Under the pieces are notes generated by a model, which was given only the letters and a program-made list of their open reading frames with translations, was not told the DNA's origin and searched no databases. The translations under genes were made by a program, and so were the position numbers. Shown here in pieces: positions 57,814 through 64,000 of a DNA stretch of 64,000 nucleotides. Position 1 is the first letter of the stretch, and every line of letters begins with the position of its first letter. Origin of the DNA: a virus (lineage: Duplodnaviria > Heunggongvirae > Uroviricota > Caudoviricetes); IMG/VR virus record IMGVR_UViG_3300029488_000242; one strand, 5' to 3'.

Positions 57814-58071
57814 ATGGCACAGTTAATTGATAAAACAGTATTACGAAAAGAATTATCTAAGTTGCCATCTGAAATGGGATTTGTAAGAAAGTCTGATGTA
57901 ATGCAAACTCTTGGCAGTCAGAAATGTGCCTACGATATAAAAGAAGAGAGAAATAAAACTCTTGATGAAGTTCTAAAGGCTTGTGACATTGAATGTGGAT
58001 TTTATAGTGGTGATGTTAAAAATCTCACAAGACACGTTTTGATGAGAGTATTGAATGGATTGAGAGAATAA
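57814..58071 (+). CDS. hypothetical protein
   Basis: ORF track. Confidence 0.45.
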   Translation: MAQLIDKTVLRKELSKLPSEMGFVRKSDVMQTLGSQKCAYDIKEERNKTLDEVLKACDIECGFYSGDVKNLTRHVLMRVLNGLRE

Positions 58072-58116
58072 TTTAACAGGAATGATTCGTTCCTTTTGGA
58101 AATGTGAGGTGGAATA

Positions 58117-58689
58117 ATGGAGAAATTTTATATTGTAACAAATGAGAAATTCTTAAAAGAGATTAATGATTATAGAAAACATGAAGAAGAAAGAAGAATA
58201 GTAGCAAATAATTTTTTTGAGAACAAAGGTATTGTAGGGGAAGAATATTATATTAGTGGAGATGGATTTGTAAATCGCCCATTTAAAGAGCATGAAAAGA
58301 ATAATATCAGATTATATATATCTGATTGTAATGAAAATGATCAGAAATTTGGAAAAGAGTTACTGAAGCCAACGAAACTATTCAGTGATTCTGATGTGTT
58401 AATGAGAAAGTTTAGAGCTAACAGCAAGACTTTAAAAGAGTTTCAGAATTTATGCATCGAAAAGAATATTGTCATTAACAATCATTTGATTCGTGAAGGA
58501 GATTATTTTAAGGAACTACATTTAGGTGGGTATTCAGTTTCAAGATTTAAGTATGAGAATAAATTATACTTGAAAATTTCTACAATAAAACATGAAACTA
58601 TCACACCAGATGATAGTACAGGTTTTATAGAAATTAAAGGTAGTGAATTTTATAAAGCACTTGAAGAATTTGAATCGAAGAATGAATAA
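58117..58689 (+). CDS. hypothetical protein
   Basis: ORF track; RBS gaggtgg. Confidence 0.5.
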   Translation: MEKFYIVTNEKFLKEINDYRKHEEERRIVANNFFENKGIVGEEYYISGDGFVNRPFKEHEKNNIRLYISDCNENDQKFGKELLKPTKLFSDSDVLMRKFRANSKTLKEFQNLCIEKNIVINNHLIREGDYFKELHLGGYSVSRFKYENKLYLKISTIKHETITPDDSTGFIEIKGSEFYKALEEFESKNE

Positions 58690-58741
58690 ATATCGTTTCC
58701 TTTAGAAATAGTTTTACACAAAGAAAGGAGAGAATAATACA

Positions 58742-60004
58742 TTGAATAGTAGCATTTTTGTTCCTAAAACGATAAATGTTGGATATCAAAATCGTTCAGG
58801 AACTTACACAGGAAAACTTGCCTATGTCATTTACTATGACGAAAAAGGTAAGTTGCGAAAAGAAGCATCATGGAATAGTTGGCGTGACGATAAAATTCCG
58901 AATGATGAATTTGATAATGTCCCAACAGAAGGATTTGTACTAAATAAGAAAGCTGGCGATTACTCTACAGGATGGGATCGCAGACATGCTTATTGTAGAG
59001 TATATGATCCAAGAGGATTTGAGTTTGAAATTACCATTGAAAATTTATTGTATATTCTCGAAAATGCGAACTGTATCAAAGGTAAGGGACTTGAAGGAGA
59101 ATTTATATATGGATGGGATGGTAAGGATTTAGTTCTTATGCCAGTTGAGTCGCCTGATTATAAACAGATTGCAGCTTATAATAAGATTGTACATAATAAT
59201 GAATCCATTAAGACAAAAGATTTAATTCTTGGTGCAACATATCTTACAAAAGAGAATATTGAATGGATTTACATGGGACGTTTCGAAACATGTGGATATG
59301 GTTACGAATTTATGCAGGATGGTAAAATTGTAAGAATAAAATCTTATAAAGATATTCCAACCGAACTAACTCGTTTTGGATATACAAAAATTTCTTATAA
59401 AGGAATTAACAATCTCTCATATGGTAAAATGCATTGGTTCGCAAGATTAAGTGATGGAAAGTATAAATTTGAGCAATTCAAAAGTGTTCCTAAAAACAAA
59501 CTTATTAGTTGTCTCGATGATAAATGCACATCTAAATATTCTGAAATTTATGATTCAATGGAATCATCTTATCAATTCTCCTCTATAGACGATAGCAAGG
59601 ATAAAATTGTAAATATCTCATTTGAAGATTTTTATGAAAAAGCAATTAATAAATATGTTGATGATGATATAACAAGAAAATATGTCGATGTTCGCTTTAT
59701 GGTAAACAACAATGGAGAATATATTAAATATGAAATGACAACGCCATATAGGTCAGAAGATAACGGCAAATATACTGTTTATAAATATAGTACCAAAAAT
59801 ATGTATCATGGAGATAAGGAAGCAATTGATATTTTTCCGACAGAAGAAAGAGAAGTGGAAGTACGTTATGGTCAAAAAGAAATTCAGACGCATATGATCC
59901 CAGTTTCTATTGAAACAGTTTTTGAAAAGTTAAAACCAGTATATAAGCAGAAATATTTAGCAAATGGTAGAGAATATAAAAAGGAGTACGAGTTTAATGA
60001 GTAA
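58742..60004 (+). CDS. hypothetical protein (420 aa, TTG start)
   Basis: ORF track; RBS aaaggagag. Confidence 0.55.
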   Translation: MNSSIFVPKTINVGYQNRSGTYTGKLAYVIYYDEKGKLRKEASWNSWRDDKIPNDEFDNVPTEGFVLNKKAGDYSTGWDRRHAYCRVYDPRGFEFEITIENLLYILENANCIKGKGLEGEFIYGWDGKDLVLMPVESPDYKQIAAYNKIVHNNESIKTKDLILGATYLTKENIEWIYMGRFETCGYGYEFMQDGKIVRIKSYKDIPTELTRFGYTKISYKGINNLSYGKMHWFARLSDGKYKFEQFKSVPKNKLISCLDDKCTSKYSEIYDSMESSYQFSSIDDSKDKIVNISFEDFYEKAINKYVDDDITRKYVDVRFMVNNNGEYIKYEMTTPYRSEDNGKYTVYKYSTKNMYHGDKEAIDIFPTEEREVEVRYGQKEIQTHMIPVSIETVFEKLKPVYKQKYLANGREYKKEYEFNE

Positions 60005-60404
60005 AAATGATGACAGAATTTTAGAATTAAAGAAACAGATTGAAACTAAGAAGAAATCAATTTCTGAGAAGAAGGTTAGGTTCATTCCTGAAACAAATTG
60101 CGTTCTTAATATGGATGGTATGACAATTAATCTTAATGTATGTTCAGATGATGCGTTGTTGTTACTTTTGATTAAATTGAATTCATATTTGATGTCTGCC
60201 AAGGATCTCAATATGGCTGATTTTGAAATTTCAGGATACAGTGTGACAGCATGGATTAAAGATATTAAGAGTAAGTTAGAAGTATCTGGTCTGAAGAAGG
60301 AAGAGTCTGATTTGAAGAAAATGGAGAGTAAGTTGGACAAATTACTTTCTGATGATAAAAAAACAGAACTGGAAATTGATGAGATTGCTGCTTTATTGAA
60401 GTAA
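59997..60404 (+). CDS. hypothetical coiled-coil protein
   Basis: ORF track frame; ATGAGTAA overlap. Confidence 0.45.
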   Translation: MSKNDDRILELKKQIETKKKSISEKKVRFIPETNCVLNMDGMTINLNVCSDDALLLLLIKLNSYLMSAKDLNMADFEISGYSVTAWIKDIKSKLEVSGLKKEESDLKKMESKLDKLLSDDKKTELEIDEIAALLK

Positions 60405-60446
60405 AAGAGAGAATAATACAATAGGTAGTATATTTTATAAAATCAA

Positions 60447-60494
60447 ACACTATATATAGTGATTAGATGGATTAAAACTACTATATATAGTGAC
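60447..60494. promoter_or_regulatory. two palindromic boxes acACTATATATAGTga-N15-actACTATATATAGTgac
   Basis: seen in sequence. Confidence 0.6.
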
Positions 60495-60535
60495 AAAATA
60501 GACAAGAAATATCGGTTTCCTTGGGAGGTAAAATA

Positions 60536-60961
60536 ATGGAGATTTTAGGAAATAAATTAAAAAGATTTTTTGACATTGTAGATAATCCACCAAATGATGC
60601 TGAAATTACATATGCTGGAAATAGATATGAGGTATGGGAAATATCTGGAAACCTATTTAATAAGATGTGTGATATGTCAGAAGATGAATTTGTTAAATTA
60701 GCAGGCGAAGATGCATGGTGGAGACAGTGTGATGGTAGTGTACTTGGAGTACCTGATACAAAATTCATTATTAGTGGTGAAGAAATGGTAGGTTGGAATA
60801 CAAGAGGAGAATATGAAAATTTTCAGTATGCTAAATTGACTGATTATCTGTGCTATGGAATTGGAGCATCGCAACCTAAAAATGTATGTGCTTGTTGTGT
60901 GGATCTTGCAAAATACAATGATATGACAATGGCAGAATTATTTGAAAAGTATGGAGAATAA
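60536..60961 (+). CDS. hypothetical protein
   Basis: ORF track frame; RBS gggaggt. Confidence 0.45.
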   Translation: MEILGNKLKRFFDIVDNPPNDAEITYAGNRYEVWEISGNLFNKMCDMSEDEFVKLAGEDAWWRQCDGSVLGVPDTKFIISGEEMVGWNTRGEYENFQYAKLTDYLCYGIGASQPKNVCACCVDLAKYNDMTMAELFEKYGE

Positions 60962-61207
60962 CCTATTAGGGAGGTGCATGACATATCGAAAAATATCTAA
61001 GTATCAAAGATGCGTCAAATTACTTAGTTGAAGAAATGAAGAAGCATGACGAGTCTTATGGTGGTGAAGTAAAAGATGTTGAGTTTGACAAAGAGCAAGC
61101 AGATAAACAGACATTAGGATGGATAAAATTGGCTTTATCTAATTCTGGTTATCCAAGTAGAGAATGTAAAGAAAGATTAAAAAGAATATATGAAGGAGTT
61201 AAACACG

Positions 61208-61465
61208 ATGGAGAATAACAAAGTAAGACAGTTTATAGATTTACTTATCAATGAGGAAGTGACAATCGAAAATGCAGTTAAGACATCGGGTGTTGGCAAT
61301 ATGAAATTAGTTGATGTTTTAAAGTCTATTTCAGAGATGGAGTTTGAAAGTATTAAAGCCTTTTCAAGTGCTGTTTCTGGTATGAATAGTATGAAGGAAG
61401 CCATTCAGACGGTCAAGGATCTGGATGATGCGTTAGTAGAACTAAAGAAAACTTCTGAAAAGTAG
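61208..61465 (+). CDS. hypothetical protein
   Basis: ORF track frame 61190..61465; RBS aaggag. Confidence 0.4.
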   Translation: MENNKVRQFIDLLINEEVTIENAVKTSGVGNMKLVDVLKSISEMEFESIKAFSSAVSGMNSMKEAIQTVKDLDDALVELKKTSEK

Positions 61466-61494
61466 AGAATATATAACTGTAAATATAAAAGGAA

Positions 61495-61899
61495 TTGAAA
61501 ATGAAGAAAGAACATATAATGAGAAAATATTATCATGAATTATTTTTTAAATTATATAATCCTCAATATATACATATAGGAAAATATTGGTTAGAAAAAA
61601 TAAAACGAAAAACACATTATACATATAAATCTATGCAAAAGACGTGTATTTGCGAAAAATGGTTTATTGATAATTATGATACTGATAATCTTATAGGTTT
61701 ATTAACCGTTTATAATAATCGGTATGAAGTTTTTATTCATAGGAAAAAAGATGATAAAATAGTTGGTTGTTTTTTTCTAAAATCAAAAAATGGCGTGTAT
61801 GTAATGGAATCACTTGATAGTGATGAAATATATGAAAACATAGATCAATGTGAATACTTGAAAAATGAAGAATTGAAGGAGACTACAGATGAAAAATAG
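61495..61899 (+). CDS. hypothetical protein
   Basis: ORF track. Confidence 0.45.
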   Translation: MKMKKEHIMRKYYHELFFKLYNPQYIHIGKYWLEKIKRKTHYTYKSMQKTCICEKWFIDNYDTDNLIGLLTVYNNRYEVFIHRKKDDKIVGCFFLKSKNGVYVMESLDSDEIYENIDQCEYLKNEELKETTDEK

Positions 61900-62080
61900 G
61901 CTTGATGAATTAGTAGAAGATTACAAAGTGGCTGTAAAGAATAATGATGAGTTCAAAGTTAAAGAACTTGAAAAGTTCTTTGAAGAAAAAATTGGACTTA
62001 CGCCACTTGGTTTACAGATAGTTGCATTTGGATAATACTAAGAATTTTCGATTTCTTGCGAATGAAAGGAGAATATACAT

Positions 62081-62434
62081 ATGAATGAAGAAATTAAGAA
62101 TGACGAAGTAGAAGAAGTTAATCCAGTAGATGAGTATTTAAATGATTATAAAGAACAGAAACTTGCTGAATTTTGTGTTCAGAAAGATAAAGAGATTGCA
62201 AACCGTAAGGAAGAAAGACAGAAACTCATGGAACAGATTTCAGATATGAAAGTTACGGTTAAGCAGCATGACGAAACATGGAATAATATGGATAGTTTGT
62301 ATGCCAAGATTAAGAAATTATCTGTAAATGATTATTTGAAGTTATATCATATGATGAATAACGATATTGCAGGAAATTACTCAACAATTACAACTGTACT
62401 TCCTGGTTATGTTGGTATCAATGGTAATCGGTAA
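62081..62434 (+). CDS. hypothetical protein
   Basis: ORF track; RBS aaaggaga. Confidence 0.45.
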   Translation: MNEEIKNDEVEEVNPVDEYLNDYKEQKLAEFCVQKDKEIANRKEERQKLMEQISDMKVTVKQHDETWNNMDSLYAKIKKLSVNDYLKLYHMMNNDIAGNYSTITTVLPGYVGINGNR

Positions 62435-62492
62435 AGTAAGAGTACATGAAACTGACATTTCTTGGTGTAGATTGAATATAAGGAGAAATAAA

Positions 62493-62780
62493 ATGTGTTC
62501 TAATGCAGTAATTTCTTTATTAAGCATATTTGTAATATTGAGTATATTATTTGCAGGTTTCTATATAGCCTACAAAGCGGATATCGAAAATATATATATT
62601 CTCAATTCTATAAAGAATTTTGTTGTTGATTTATTTAAAAATAGAAATATTTTAGGTAAATTTCTTTCAAGTGTTGTATTTTTATTATCTATTCCAGGTA
62701 TATTATTTATGATTCTTTTAGTAATAGCGGATGTGCTCATAAAGTTATTTATAAAAATATGGAAGTTAGGAAATAGATAA
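62493..62780 (+). CDS. small membrane protein (2 predicted TM helices)
   Basis: ORF track frame 62367..62780; RBS aaggag; hydrophobic segments VISLLSIFVILSILFAGFYIA and FLSSVVFLLSIPGILFMILLVIADVLI. Confidence 0.4.
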   Translation: MCSNAVISLLSIFVILSILFAGFYIAYKADIENIYILNSIKNFVVDLFKNRNILGKFLSSVVFLLSIPGILFMILLVIADVLIKLFIKIWKLGNR

Positions 62781-62825
62781 AACTTTATATAAATAAGAGA
62801 ATATATAGTTGAGGGAGGTGAGAAT

Positions 62826-63110
62826 ATGATTCAAGTAATTGAGACAAATTTGAGTATTGATAATGATAATATCATAAGAGATCATCAGTCACTAATTGTT
62901 GAAGTTGAAGATTGGGATACATATTGCAAAGCATTTGAAAAATACAATGGCAAAGCTGTTTATTTCAAGTCAAAGACTATGCCTGGTAACAGTATCTTAT
63001 CGAATTGCTCTATAACAGATCTGATATATGATGACATTCATTTATCTTGTATGATCTTACACCAATCAGGTTTTATTACGAAGAAACTTGCATATAGAAT
63101 TGTTTTATAA
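62826..63110 (+). CDS. hypothetical protein
   Basis: ORF track; RBS gggaggtgag. Confidence 0.4.
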   Translation: MIQVIETNLSIDNDNIIRDHQSLIVEVEDWDTYCKAFEKYNGKAVYFKSKTMPGNSILSNCSITDLIYDDIHLSCMILHQSGFITKKLAYRIVL

Positions 63111-63184
63111 TCTATGATTCATTCGAGTCACAATTTCCAATAAAAATGAAAATCAAATAGAGAATAAACATATGGGAGGATCTT

Positions 63185-63388
63185 ATGTGGATTAACAGAA
63201 CAAAATATGAAGTTGAAAAACTGAAATATAGACAGAGAATATCTTATTTGGAGAATCTTATCTGTCCATGTGAGTCACATGATTATGTTGAAATAGCTCA
63301 CGAAATTATAGACGAATATAGTACAGTAAAACACATTTTCAGATGTAAGAAATGTGGAAAATTACACGATGAATTAAGTTCAGTGTAA
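63185..63388 (+). CDS. zinc-ribbon small protein
   Basis: CPCESHD...CKKCGKLH; RBS gggagga. Confidence 0.4.
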   Translation: MWINRTKYEVEKLKYRQRISYLENLICPCESHDYVEIAHEIIDEYSTVKHIFRCKKCGKLHDELSSV

Positions 63389-63425
63389 ATCACTGTTTCA
63401 TTGGAAAATTTGAGGAGGTGAGAAA

Positions 63426-63869
63426 GTGGCAGATTTTAGATTTAATGAAGACTTTGCAAATAATTGGAAGTCAGGTCAGATAGTTACTTGTGAAGAAAAA
63501 GAGGATGGTTACTTAGTTGATAAGGTGGCATTGATTGAAAAGGACGAACTTTTAAAACATGGTGAATTTATCACAATGAATGTTGAGATATTAGGACATA
63601 TGCAATCAAATGGTGTAGATGATTTATTCATGTATGATAGAGATTTTCAACCAGGAGACACAGTACAACATTTCAAAGGTGGTTTCTATAAGATTGTTGC
63701 CATTGGAACTAATACAGAAACAGAAGAAAAGATGGTTGTATATCAGAGTTTAAAGGATAAAAGAGTATGGATTAGACCATATGATATGTTTATCAGTAAA
63801 GTGGATAGAGAGAAATATCCAAACGCTTATCAGCCATATAGACTTATCAAAGTAAAGATTACTGCTTAG
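63426..63869 (+). CDS. hypothetical protein (GTG start)
   Basis: ORF track; RBS gaggaggtg. Confidence 0.45.
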   Translation: MADFRFNEDFANNWKSGQIVTCEEKEDGYLVDKVALIEKDELLKHGEFITMNVEILGHMQSNGVDDLFMYDRDFQPGDTVQHFKGGFYKIVAIGTNTETEEKMVVYQSLKDKRVWIRPYDMFISKVDREKYPNAYQPYRLIKVKITA

Positions 63870-64000
63870 TAATTAGTCTTGAACAATTCAGTTCAAAAAT
63901 TCCAAAACAAATAACTGAACAGAGAATAAATAATGGGTGGTTAGCAGCATACCCTTGGTTAAGTACACCAAAAATCACTGTTTATGGATAAATTTTTATA

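Noticed and set aside
62493-62780. Holin
   Set aside because: Two-TM small membrane protein, but no endolysin or lysis-cassette partner nearby. Called only as a membrane protein.

Overview
Low-GC, AT-rich, tightly packed window with about 140 short genes, all on the + strand except one divergent XRE-family HTH repressor. Start/stop overlaps, SD-type RBSs and many small acidic or zinc-ribbon proteins point to a large bacteriophage or prophage of a low-GC Firmicute. No capsid, terminase, tail or replication hallmark is recognisable across the full 64 kb. Recognisable content: (1) a lysogeny-like module: tyrosine integrase (23.2-24.2 kb), divergent XRE repressor, a sigma70-type promoter (TTGACA-17-TATAAT) and a MazF/EndoA-like toxin gene with no MazE partner. 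(2) An operon under a second strong promoter plus a perfect 10-bp inverted repeat, encoding a 739-aa fusion of a sigma-70 (regions 2 and 4) module with a DUF262/ParB-like (GmrS-type) domain. (3) A TnpB/Cas12f-like RuvC nuclease (29.8-31.2 kb) with intact RuvC I/II/III and zinc finger, preceded by a 600-bp structured non-coding region holding two covarying copies of a ~70-nt hairpin element. (4) An SPFH/band-7 protein followed by a mosaic of tRNA-Gln (3' two-thirds) and tRNA-Lys (5' half) fragments. (5) An NAD+ toolkit: nicotinamidase, PRPP-synthetase-like, NadV/NAMPT, macro domain and NadE, plus a second macro domain next to a calcineurin-like phosphoesterase. (6) Five DNA methyltransferases: one C5-cytosine, two Dam-like, two beta-class amino-MTases, several sharing a conserved 5' leader. 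(7) A HicA-like toxin, AP2/Zn-ribbon homing-endonuclease-like proteins, a lipoprotein and many zinc-ribbon proteins. Recurrent non-coding motifs: paired palindromic CACTATATATAGTG boxes at four loci, an AGAGAATAA(T) box and a TTTC(C/A)TTGGAA box in many 5' leaders, and at least seven rho-independent terminators. Coordinates taken from the ORF track are exact; hand-placed small features may be off by 1-2 nt.
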